This document shows, one piece after another, positions 1 to 7,256 of a stretch of DNA of 60,754 bases. This stretch comes from an uncultured Candidatus Saccharibacteria bacterium. Its GTDB lineage: Bacteria; Patescibacteriota; Minisyncoccia; Minisyncoccales; GWA2-46-15. Made by a program: the position numbers and the translations under genes. Location of the stretch: assembly GCA_964437545.1 (NCBI GenBank), contig CAYTHH010000002.1, positions 1-60,754 on the forward strand, read 5' to 3'. The notes under the pieces were generated by a model, which was given only the letters and a program-made list of their open reading frames with translations, had not been told where the DNA came from and did not search any database. Positions within the stretch are counted from its first letter, which is position 1; every line of letters begins with the position of its first letter.

Positions 1-147
1 TTAAATATCCCATAGGGTCTAAGAACGAGGTCGAAGGTCGCGAGGTCAGTCTCGCGCTTTCCACGCCCACCAAGAATTTAAATATCCCATAGGGTCTAAG
101 AACGAGGTCGAAGGTCGCGAGGTCAGTCTCGCACTTTCCACGCCTAC
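1..147. repeat. 77-bp tandem direct repeat, 2 copies (may continue upstream of the window)
   Basis: TTAAATATCCCATAGGGTCTAAGAACGAGGTCGAAGGTCGCGAGGTCAGTCTCGC.CTTTCCACGCC occurs at 1 and again at 78 with one mismatch before the copies diverge. It contains a 6-bp inverted repeat, CGCGAG-GTCAGT-CTCGCG. Confidence 0.85.
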
Positions 148-179
148 ACAACAAGTTTTTTTGATAATTTTAACATATA

Positions 180-713
180 TTGGTGTTGCCAAAGATAATC
201 ATAAGAAAAAAAACAAATAAACAAGGCTTCACTCCGATTGAGCTTTTGGTAGTTATTGCCGTTATCGGACTCTTAATTTCAATGGTTCTTGTGGCTTTGG
301 GCAGCTCCAGAAAAAAGGCAAGAGATGCCGTTAGACGGACAGATATTATTCAGATAGAAAGAGCTTTGTTATTATACTGGGAAAAATTCGGAGAATTCCC
401 AAATGAATACTGTATTGACACTAGTATCGGTAGCGATGTCAATGGCTGCACAGGATGTGCTTGGCCCTGCACTGCCAATGACTGGGATCACAACAGTCCC
501 GTTTGGAAAGGATTAGTAGACAATGACTTTATGAACACGTTGCCCAAAGATCCTATTAATAATGCCACTTATTATTACAGCTATGAACCTTGTTGCAACC
601 AAAATTGCGGCTCGGAAAGAACTTGCATAGATAATGGCTGCTGTGAATATACTATCGAAGCTCATAGATTGGAAACAACTGGTGCAGCTTTTACAAAATG
701 GGGGAGGTGGTAA
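180..713 (+). CDS. type IV pilin / pseudopilin-like protein with prepilin N-terminal motif and a Cys-rich C-terminal domain
   Basis: N-terminus ...KQG|FTPIELLVVIAVIGLLISMVLVAL is a classic prepilin cleavage/methylation motif plus hydrophobic helix. TTG start as in the ORF track; no ATG is available upstream of the motif. Confidence 0.7.
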   Translation: MVLPKIIIRKKTNKQGFTPIELLVVIAVIGLLISMVLVALGSSRKKARDAVRRTDIIQIERALLLYWEKFGEFPNEYCIDTSIGSDVNGCTGCAWPCTANDWDHNSPVWKGLVDNDFMNTLPKDPINNATYYYSYEPCCNQNCGSERTCIDNGCCEYTIEAHRLETTGAAFTKWGRW

Positions 714-720
714 TAATTAG

Positions 721-791
721 GGGCCTATAGTTTAATGGTAGAACTCTACATTTGCAATGTAGTGATGGCAGTTCGATTCTGCCTAGGTCCA
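721..791 (+). tRNA. tRNA-Ala (anticodon UGC)
   Basis: Hand-folded cloverleaf: acceptor GGGCCTA/TAGGTCC with the G3:U70 Ala identity pair, anticodon arm CTACA-TTTGCAA-TGTAG, T arm GGCAG-TTCGATT-CTGCC. CCA is not encoded. Confidence 0.85.
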
Positions 792-898
792 CAACGAAAT
801 AAATTTGCAAAGCAAATTTAAACGTTGTAGGAACATAGAAATTGTTTAACAATTTCGTACGTTCCACCAAAGATAAAAATTAATATCATTTTAAGTAA

Positions 899-1699
899 AT
901 GCCCTCTCGTTGGACAATCAAAGAAGAAAAAAATAAGAAAAAAGAGTTAGTAACACTGTATGTAAAGGAAAATAAAACGATCTTTGAAACGGGAAAAATA
1001 TTAGGAATCAAATACCAAACAGTTTACGATCGTTTAAAAAGATTGGGAATTCCGACTTGCCCGGAAAGAAAACCTAAATTCCGTAATTTCCGCACTGATA
1101 TTAAAATTCCAAATAAATACTCTGGAAAACTGGCTGAATTTGTAGGAATATTGCTTGGCGACGGCCACATATCAAACACTCAAATAGTCATTTATATTAA
1201 TAGTTTAGAAACACCCTATATTAAATACATTGAAAAACTGTTTAAAAAACTTTTCGGTGCCGCATCGCATAAGAGCCACGCCTTATCAAAAAGAGTTCGA
1301 GAATACCATGTAACAGATATTCGCCTTGGCTCAACAGAATTAGTACGATACTTTCTCAAAATGGGATTAGTGAGGAATAAAACTAAATCACAAATTGATA
1401 TTCCTGCTTGGATAAATATTAAACAAAAATACCAATTAGCTTTCCTTCGCGGTTTCTTTGACACAGATGGTTCCGTTTATAAATTAAAATTCGGTACTCA
1501 GATATGTTATAAAAATGCATCTATTCCTCTTTTAAAATCTACGCAGAAAATACTTACCGATTTCGATTACCACCCTTCACAAATCAGTTATCGTTCTTTA
1601 TACTTAACAAGGAAAAAAGATTTGCGCCGATTTTTTAAAGAAGTGGGGCCAGCAAATCAAAAGCACCTTAACAGAGCAAAATTGTTTAAAGTCATCTAA
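899..1699 (+). CDS. double-motif LAGLIDADG homing endonuclease with N-terminal HTH-like region
   Basis: Two LAGLIDADG motifs, EFVGILLGDGH and AFLRGFFDTDGS. The stop codon (1697-1699) directly abuts the first base of tRNA-Tyr. Confidence 0.8.
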   Translation: MPSRWTIKEEKNKKKELVTLYVKENKTIFETGKILGIKYQTVYDRLKRLGIPTCPERKPKFRNFRTDIKIPNKYSGKLAEFVGILLGDGHISNTQIVIYINSLETPYIKYIEKLFKKLFGAASHKSHALSKRVREYHVTDIRLGSTELVRYFLKMGLVRNKTKSQIDIPAWINIKQKYQLAFLRGFFDTDGSVYKLKFGTQICYKNASIPLLKSTQKILTDFDYHPSQISYRSLYLTRKKDLRRFFKEVGPANQKHLNRAKLFKVI

Positions 1700-1785
1700 C
1701 CAGGGGTACTCAAGCGGTCAACGAGAGCAGACTGTAAATCTGCTGGCTAACGCCTTCGTAGGTTCGAATCCTACCCCCTGGACCA
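1700..1785 (+). tRNA. tRNA-Tyr (anticodon GUA), long variable arm, CCA encoded
   Basis: Acceptor CCAGGGG/CCCCTGG, anticodon arm GCAGA-CTGTAAA-TCTGC, long variable arm, T arm GTAGG-TTCGAAT-CCTAC, terminal ACCA. Confidence 0.9.
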
Positions 1786-1792
1786 AGTTTTT

Positions 1793-1822
1793 CAAAAAAT
1801 CGCCAAAAAGGTTGTTTTTGGT
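1793..1822 (+). repeat. partial copy of the cassette 3' module (degenerate hairpin plus T-tract)
   Basis: CAAAAAATCGCCAAAAAGGTTGTTTTTGG resembles CAAAGAATCGCCAAAAAGGCGATTTTTTGG of the array elements. It lies 8 nt after tRNA-Tyr. Confidence 0.5.
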
Positions 1823-1927
1823 TTTGTGTTTCCAAATTATTGAATCATAACGAAGCTATTGATAAAACTAATCCTGTATTATATAATTTTAATAGAATCT
1901 ACCACCACAAGTGCAAAGGAGGCACAC

Positions 1928-2581
1928 ATGTGTAATCTACCGTTTTGGCAAAAGAAGAAAGCAAGAAAAAAAAAGTACAAAGTTCTAAGATATCTGTCGA
2001 GCGCGAAGTGGGGAGCTTCCACTTATCTGAGAGCGGTCAATGGCAAGGTCGTTGAAACTGGGAATTCTATATGGGCAGAAGAGGGCGATGACGTTCGCTT
2101 TGTGGGTATTCCCGACCTATCATGGTATCGTGCCGAAGAGGAACCGACTTATCTGATCAGAGTCACGCTGGCCCTTGAGGTTGAGGGCTGCAAGATCGAA
2201 GTGAAAACTAATGTCCTGATTTTCTTTCGGACTGTCGAGAAACCCTCTTATTGGAAAAGTGACGGCAGCACTTATTGGACTACCAAGTTCGACATGCAAG
2301 AATTGTACGAGAAGGTCGCACTCAGGGAGTTTAAGCACATTGATGATTGGTTGACACATCTTTTCTTAACCGCGGCAAGTACGAATGAAGCAGTTCAGTT
2401 GGCTTTTCGTCGCTATGTAAAGAATGAAAAGCCTGTCCGATTTATACAGGAACTGGCTACTGCTCTGAAAGGCCTCGGATTCTCGGGACAACCATTAAGC
2501 AACATCGTTGCTATCAAGATTACGCCAATGGTTGATACCATGAAAGCCATGGTAACCGTTAAATACGGCCACTGGCGATAA
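1928..2581 (+). CDS. hypothetical protein (217 aa), visibly higher GC than surroundings
   Basis: Strong SD AAGGAGG lies 7 nt before the ATG at 1928, and the upstream part of the ORF-track ORF is AT-rich junk. It is followed by a strong terminator. I recognise no domain. Confidence 0.6.
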   Translation: MCNLPFWQKKKARKKKYKVLRYLSSAKWGASTYLRAVNGKVVETGNSIWAEEGDDVRFVGIPDLSWYRAEEEPTYLIRVTLALEVEGCKIEVKTNVLIFFRTVEKPSYWKSDGSTYWTTKFDMQELYEKVALREFKHIDDWLTHLFLTAASTNEAVQLAFRRYVKNEKPVRFIQELATALKGLGFSGQPLSNIVAIKITPMVDTMKAMVTVKYGHWR

Positions 2582-2588
2582 CGCTATG

Positions 2589-2620
2589 CGGGGAAGGAAA
2601 ACCTTCCCCGTACTGTTTTA
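2589..2620 (+). terminator. rho-independent terminator
   Basis: CGGGGAAGG-AAAA-CCTTCCCCG followed by TACTGTTTT. Confidence 0.7.
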
Positions 2621-2640
2621 ATTGTAGCTAAACAATATTA

Positions 2641-2732
2641 AACAAGTTTTAATGTCGTTCAACCAGGGAAGCCGTTTGTGGATAATAAATTACCGTCTGT
2701 TATTTGAGGCGGTTTTTTGGTAGAGTGAAACA
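2641..2732 (+). repeat. cassette-boundary element b (box plus hairpin/T6/TGGTAGAGT module)
   Basis: AACAAGTTTTAATGTCG box. Then GTTTGTGGATAATAAATTACCGTCTGTTATTTGAGGCGGTTTTTTGGTAGAGTGAAACA, then ATG. Confidence 0.7.
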
Positions 2733-3134
2733 ATGAACAGGGTTAAAATAGTAGGTGTTTATATAGAAAAGGATAATAAAGTTCTAATGGTTCAAGAAAA
2801 AGGCCAATCTTTTGGTTTATGGTCAATTCCATTGGGGCATGTGGATTCGGGAGAGTCACTAAAGAACGCCGCAGTTAGAGAGGCAAAGGAGGAAACCGGT
2901 TATGATGTCAAAATAATTAGGAAATTAGAACAAAAAATAATATCTGGCACAGAATATAAGGGCGGAAAGGGAGATAATGATAAAGAAATAGAGTTAAATT
3001 TCTTTGAAGGAATAATAACCGGGGGGAAGCTAGAAGCCGATAAAGAAGATTTACTTGATGCTAAATGGTTTGATAAAGAAGAGATAAAACAAATATCTCT
3101 TAGGGGTAATTGGTTAAACACATTATTTCAATAA
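2733..3134 (+). CDS. Nudix hydrolase
   Basis: Nudix box GHVDSGESLKNAAVREAKEETGYDV (GX5EX7REUXEEXGU). Confidence 0.85.
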   Translation: MNRVKIVGVYIEKDNKVLMVQEKGQSFGLWSIPLGHVDSGESLKNAAVREAKEETGYDVKIIRKLEQKIISGTEYKGGKGDNDKEIELNFFEGIITGGKLEADKEDLLDAKWFDKEEIKQISLRGNWLNTLFQ

Positions 3135-3253
3135 ACAGGTTCTAACATCCCTCCTTCATCAAGATTACGGACGGGCAAGGCGTCCCATAGGCAGGACAGG
3201 ATTTTTAACTCAAAGAATCGCCAAAAAGGCGATTTTTTGGTAAGATAAAGTAT
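3133..3253 (+). repeat. cassette-boundary element c
   Basis: AAACAGGTTCTAACATCC box overlaps the stop codon. It ends ATCGCC-AAAAA-GGCGAT-TTTTTT-GGTAAGAT-AAAGTAT-ATG. Positions 3133-3225 are identical to 4366-4458. Confidence 0.85.
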
Positions 3254-3850
3254 ATGATAAAAGCGGTAATATTTGACCTTAACGGAATATTTATACAGGG
3301 CCCAAGATTAAGTGATAGATTCAGGGACGTTTTTGGTATTGAGACAAAAGATTTCTTACCCATATTAAAGGAGATAATGACAAAAATAAGAAAGCCAAAT
3401 GCGGGAAGTACTTTCAGTTATTGGAAACCATATCTAGAAAAATGGAATATTAATTTAACGGAGAAACAATTTTTTGATTTTTGGTTCAATGCCGAGAAAG
3501 AAATTCCAGAGTTAGTTGAATTGGCGAAACAAATAAAAAAGATGGGCGTTAAAGTGTTTATTCTATCAAATAACTTTGCCGAAAGAGCTGATTATTACAA
3601 AAAGAATTCTCCATTTCTAACAAAGATTCCTGATAAAATCTATTATTCTTGGCAGACAGGTTTCGTTAAACCAGATCCCCAAGCATTTAAGAATCTACTA
3701 ATTGAGAATAATTTTAAACCCGAGGAATGTATTTATTTTGATGATTTGGAGGAAAATATTAAAGTGGCAAATGCCTTAGAGATAAAAGCTTTTCTCTATA
3801 AAAATGTCATTTGTTTAGAAAAAACATTGAAAGATAATCGAGTAATCTAA
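3254..3850 (+). CDS. HAD-superfamily hydrolase
   Basis: N-terminal IKAVIFDLNG (motif I-like), ILSNN, and YFDDLEENI near the C-terminus. Typical HAD layout. Confidence 0.65.
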   Translation: MIKAVIFDLNGIFIQGPRLSDRFRDVFGIETKDFLPILKEIMTKIRKPNAGSTFSYWKPYLEKWNINLTEKQFFDFWFNAEKEIPELVELAKQIKKMGVKVFILSNNFAERADYYKKNSPFLTKIPDKIYYSWQTGFVKPDPQAFKNLLIENNFKPEECIYFDDLEENIKVANALEIKAFLYKNVICLEKTLKDNRVI

Positions 3851-3856
3851 TTTACT

Positions 3857-3940
3857 AAACAAATTCTAATATCGTCCCGTAAGGAGGATTAAGATTTTCA
3901 AAGAATCGCCAAAAAGGCGATTTTTTGGTAAGATAAAAAT
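3857..3940 (+). repeat. cassette-boundary element d
   Basis: AAACAAATTCTAATATCGTCCC box, then ATCGCCAAAAAGGCGATTTTTTGGTAAGATAAAAAT, then ATG. Confidence 0.8.
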
Positions 3941-4366
3941 ATGAAAAAGCAGAAATTATATCCAGAACCAACGGTCGGCGCTTTAATCTTCAATAAAGAA
4001 GGAAAGATTTTTCTAATGAAATCTCCGAAATGGCGTAATCTGTATTCATTAACCGGAGGACATATAGAACTTGGAGAAACCGCCGAGCAAGCTCTTACAC
4101 GGGAGGTGTGGGAAGAAACAGGGTTAAAGATTAATAATATAGAATTTTCTGGTCTGCAAGAATATGTTTTCGGAAAAGAATTCTACAGGCCGAAACATTT
4201 CATCTTCTTAGACTTTAATTGCAAAACGAATAACCAAACAGTGAAACTTGATGGTAGAGAGGGAACAAGTTATGTTTGGGTGACTATCAACGAAGCATTA
4301 AAGCTGCCGCTTAATCCGTATACTAGAACGACAATCCTGAGGTATAAACGAAAGCATCGCCGTTAA
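3941..4366 (+). CDS. Nudix hydrolase
   Basis: Nudix box GGHIELGETAEQALTREVWEETGLKI. Confidence 0.85.
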   Translation: MKKQKLYPEPTVGALIFNKEGKIFLMKSPKWRNLYSLTGGHIELGETAEQALTREVWEETGLKINNIEFSGLQEYVFGKEFYRPKHFIFLDFNCKTNNQTVKLDGREGTSYVWVTINEALKLPLNPYTRTTILRYKRKHRR

Positions 4367-4500
4367 AACAGGTTCTAACATCCCTCCTTCATCAAGATTA
4401 CGGACGGGCAAGGCGTCCCATAGGCAGGACAGGATTTTTAACTCAAAGAATCGCCAAAGAGGCGGTTTTTTGGTAAGATAGAATATATTTACACAAAGTT
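4366..4500 (+). repeat. cassette-boundary element e (near-identical to element c)
   Basis: The first 93 nt are identical to 3133-3225. The 3' module is ATCGCCAAAGAGGCGGTTTTTTGGTAAGATAGAA, followed by a 22-nt leader. Confidence 0.85.
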
Positions 4501-4782
4501 ATGGACTTGAGCCTTTTTACAAAATATTATGGATTTGATTGGCTAGCTGTTCTGATAGGTGTCATTGGTATGTGGAAACTAGGAAGCAAGAAACGAAGTG
4601 GTTTTATATTCTACATGATTGCCGCCATGGCGGGTTTTGTATTTGCTTTGTTAGCTCATACCATTGCTTATATGATAGTTAATGTTATTACTTTCTTTCT
4701 GCAATTGAGGGGTTTCCTTAAATGGCGTAAAGATGATCTAGGGAAGGTGGCTCATCAAACAGGTTCTAACATCGTCCCATAG
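4501..4782 (+). CDS. small integral membrane protein (93 aa)
   Basis: Several hydrophobic helices. The last 9 codons (HQTGSNIVP) and the TAG stop are supplied by the conserved box itself. Confidence 0.55.
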   Translation: MDLSLFTKYYGFDWLAVLIGVIGMWKLGSKKRSGFIFYMIAAMAGFVFALLAHTIAYMIVNVITFFLQLRGFLKWRKDDLGKVAHQTGSNIVP

Positions 4783-4809
4783 CCTAGGCAGGACGTATTA
4801 TTTTAACTC
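4757..4809 (+). repeat. cassette-boundary element f (box only, 3' module replaced)
   Basis: AAACAGGTTCTAACATCGTCCCATAGCCTAGGCAGGAC...TTTTAACTC. The first 35 nt match element l (8095). Confidence 0.8.
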
Positions 4810-4854
4810 GATTTTAACCCAATATTATTCTCATACTGGGGTAGGTTTTTAGAT

Positions 4855-4883
4855 TTGACTAATTTAACTTAATGTGATATAAT
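4855..4883 (+). promoter_or_regulatory. near-consensus sigma70-type promoter with extended -10
   Basis: TTGACT (4855-4860), 17-nt spacer, TGaTATAAT (-10 at 4878-4883). Confidence 0.65.
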
Positions 4884-4934
4884 ATAGGCATCGTGGTTGT
4901 TTATCGTGCCACTATTCTATCTGAGGAGGAACAA

Positions 4935-5348
4935 ATGTTCATTGTAACGGTTGATTTCAAGGGAACCCTGGCAAATAGTGATACCAAACAATTTCTTGCC
5001 GGGATGAGAACGGCTGCCTTCGGACCAATTCCTGCAGAAACCCAGAAAGCGAATGACTTGGATTTCAATGCCGACTGCATCGCAATCCATCTCAACCTCG
5101 GTCCCAAGACTATTCTGGGTCGAATTCTGAAGCCGATAACTTCAGGAAATTTCCCTGATTTCCTGGCGGCGATCTGTTTCTCGGCAAAGCCAACGTACAT
5201 TCCGCACGACGCGGATCTGATCTCAGCCATCTCAACGGCGGCGGGAAAGTTTATGGAATCATGTGGGTTGCTTTCGCAGGGAACGAAAACCGCAGCCTGG
5301 GCCATTCCATTTGTCTTGGGAAAATGGACGGCAACCACCGCCAAATGA
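4935..5348 (+). CDS. hypothetical protein (137 aa), clearly GC-richer than the genome
   Basis: SD GAGGAGG lies 6 nt before the ATG at 4935, with its own promoter upstream and a plus-strand terminator downstream. The composition is more protein-like than the antisense ORF 4901..5407. Confidence 0.6.
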   Translation: MFIVTVDFKGTLANSDTKQFLAGMRTAAFGPIPAETQKANDLDFNADCIAIHLNLGPKTILGRILKPITSGNFPDFLAAICFSAKPTYIPHDADLISAISTAAGKFMESCGLLSQGTKTAAWAIPFVLGKWTATTAK

Positions 5349-5368
5349 CCAGCGAGGTTAGTAGAACA

Positions 5369-5400
5369 AAACGCACACCGAAACATGGCGTGCGTTTTCA
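5369..5400 (+). terminator. rho-independent terminator
   Basis: ACGCACACC-GAAACAT-GGCGTGCGT followed by TTTTCATTT. Confidence 0.7.
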
Positions 5401-5417
5401 TTTCCAAGCTTCAATAA

Positions 5418-5554
5418 AAACAGGTTCTAACATCGTCGCCTAGGCGGAGGAGCTAAGTTTGTGGATCATACAAATTACCGTCTATTATTTAAGGCGATTT
5501 TTTGGTAGAATAGAATAAGGGTCTAGATAATTTGTTAATAAAAATATAATTACT
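5418..5554 (+). repeat. cassette-boundary element g
   Basis: AAACAGGTTCTAACATCGTCGCCTAGGCGGAGGAGCTAAGTTTGTGGATCATACAAATTACCGTCTATTATTTAAGGCGATTTTTTGGTAGAAT. About 90 nt are shared with element h. Confidence 0.85.
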
Positions 5555-5821
5555 ATGATACTAAAAATTTTATTAGCCATAGTAGTAGTCTTATTAGGGT
5601 TGATGGTAGTATTTCGGAAGAAGATACGAAAAATTACCATAAATAAACCTTTATTTATATTAGGAATTTTATTAGCTTTAGCAGGTGCTTTCTTAATGTG
5701 GAATGGTCATATTTTAGGAGAAAATACTACAGGTATCGCAACTGTTATAGGTATTGTTGGGATAGGATTAATAGCTACATCATCAGTATCAGGTAAATCC
5801 AAAAAAACTCCAAATCAATAA
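5555..5821 (+). CDS. small membrane protein (88 aa)
   Basis: Three hydrophobic segments. Only plausible ORF in this unit. Confidence 0.5.
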   Translation: MILKILLAIVVVLLGLMVVFRKKIRKITINKPLFILGILLALAGAFLMWNGHILGENTTGIATVIGIVGIGLIATSSVSGKSKKTPNQ

Positions 5822-5844
5822 ATGATCATCAATTAGCTTTTATC

Positions 5845-5972
5845 AAACAGGTTCTAACCCATTCAATGCGATTCAGGGTCTATGACATCGTCGCCTAGGC
5901 GGAGGAGCTAAGTTTGTGGATCATACAAATTACCGTCTATTATTTAAGGCGATTTTTTGGTAGAGTGAAAAT
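5845..5972 (+). repeat. cassette-boundary element h (split or duplicated box)
   Basis: AAACAGGTTCTAAC, then CCATTCAATGCGATT, then CAGGGTCTATGACATCGTCGCC..., then the same sequence as element g. It ends TTTTTTGGTAGAGTGAAAAT-ATG. Confidence 0.85.
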
Positions 5973-6707
5973 ATGAAAAAAGATACTGTTAAAAAAATTG
6001 TTAAAGATAAATATAAGAAAATAGCGATTAGCGGTTCTTCTTGTGGATGCAGTTGTAATAATGCAAAGACTATTTCAAAAAACATCGGTTATTCTGAAAA
6101 AGAGTTAAAAATAGTTGGAGAAGCGAATCTAGGCCTTGGTTGCGGGAATCCATTAGCATTTGGAAAAATAAAAGAAGGAGATACAGTTTTAGATTTGGGG
6201 TCTGGGGCTGGGATCGACGCTATTTTAGCTGCCAAAAAGGTTGGAATTATGGGGAAAGTTATCGGTATAGATATGACCGAAGAAATGGTAAAAAGAGCCA
6301 GAGCAAACGCTAAAAAGAATAATATAACAAACGTAGAATTTCTTTTAGGAGAAATAGAAAATTTGCCTCTAGGGGATAATTCTGTAGACACGATAATTAC
6401 CAATTGCGTTATAAACCTCTCTCCTGATAAATTTAAAACCTTTAGTGAAGCATATAGAGTTCTTAAACCAGGAGGAAAAATTTATCTTTCGGATATTGTT
6501 TTATTAGAAGAACTTTCAGAAGATCAAAAGAATGACAAGGATCTATTATCTGGTTGTGTCGCAGGGGCCTTATTAAAAGAGGATTATCTGAATAAAATCA
6601 AGAATGCAGGATTTAAGATTCGTATTCTATATGAGAATAAAAGAATCAGCAAAGAACAGTATAATGGAATTGCTTTAGAAAGCTTAATGGTTGAATTAAT
6701 AAAATAA
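5973..6707 (+). CDS. class I SAM-dependent methyltransferase, arsenite methyltransferase (ArsM)-like
   Basis: SAM motif [11 protein letters not shown], then [13 protein letters not shown] and [10 protein letters not shown]. There is an N-terminal Cys cluster SSCGCSC, as in ArsM-type enzymes. Confidence 0.7.
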   Translation: MKKDTVKKIVKDKYKKIAISGSSCGCSCNNAKTISKNIGYSEKELKIVGEANLGLGCGNPLAFGKIKEGDTVLDLGSGAGIDAILAAKKVGIMGKVIGIDMTEEMVKRARANAKKNNITNVEFLLGEIENLPLGDNSVDTIITNCVINLSPDKFKTFSEAYRVLKPGGKIYLSDIVLLEELSEDQKNDKDLLSGCVAGALLKEDYLNKIKNAGFKIRILYENKRISKEQYNGIALESLMVELIK

Positions 6708-6718
6708 AAAAACTAGCT

Positions 6719-6893
6719 AAAACAGGTTCTAACATCGTCCCATACTGTAGACAGGGCAGGATTAAGTTTGAAAAGACGACAAGTATAGAATAAATTAGAA
6801 CCGAAAGATCGCCCTTATGTCTTTTAGGCCAGGTGATTTTTTGATATAATAGAGGAATAAAAATAAAGGAACAATCCAATAATAAAATGTTTT
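6719..6893 (+). repeat. cassette-boundary element i
   Basis: AAAACAGGTTCTAACATCGTCCCATACTGTAGACAGGGCAGGATTAAGTTTG, then an imperfect hairpin, T6, TGATATAAT and a leader of about 50 nt. Confidence 0.75.
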
Positions 6894-7109
6894 ATGAGTA
6901 AAAAAGAGCCACAAAATTGTTGGGAATTTTGGAACTGTAATATTAGGGTTAGAAAAAAGTGTCCAGCATATATAAACAATCTAGGAAAGGATTGTTGGAT
7001 GATAGCAGGATCAATTACTAAAGATCCTGCCTGCCCGAAATTAAAACACCAGTTTAGAAATTGCTGGCAATGTGACTGGTTTAAAAAATTAAAACCCGAT
7101 TTTAAATAA
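6894..7109 (+). CDS. small Cys/Trp-rich protein, two-CW-domain-like (71 aa)
   Basis: Two CW-containing motifs, NCWEFWNC and NCWQCDWF, and 7 Cys in total. My recollection of the two-CW family name is not certain. Confidence 0.5.
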   Translation: MSKKEPQNCWEFWNCNIRVRKKCPAYINNLGKDCWMIAGSITKDPACPKLKHQFRNCWQCDWFKKLKPDFK

Positions 7110-7135
7110 ATCTTCAAATAGTTTAAGGAAGAACA

Positions 7136-7256
7136 AAACAAGCTCTAATATCGTCTAGCCAAATGGGAAGCTAATAAGGTTGCCAAAAAAGCGGTTTTTT
7201 GGTAAGATGAGAATATATTCGTTAGAGTTTTTTAAATTTGGATTCCGTAATAAAAC
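7136..7256 (+). repeat. cassette-boundary element j
   Basis: AAACAAGCTCTAATATCGTC box, then GCCAAAAAAGCGGTTTTTTGGTAAGATGAGAA and a 48-nt leader. Confidence 0.7.

Noticed and set aside
792-898. Structured spacer after tRNA-Ala as a third tRNA or a group I intron
   Set aside because: It folds as two consecutive nested hairpins, not a cloverleaf. It is too short, and both flanking tRNAs are complete, so neither gene carries an intron.
4901-5407. 168-aa minus-strand ORF overlapping the GC-rich cassette gene
   Set aside because: It is Cys/Arg/Ala-rich and low in complexity, typical of an antisense shadow in GC-rich DNA. It has no SD or promoter. The plus strand has a promoter, an SD and a plus-oriented terminator.
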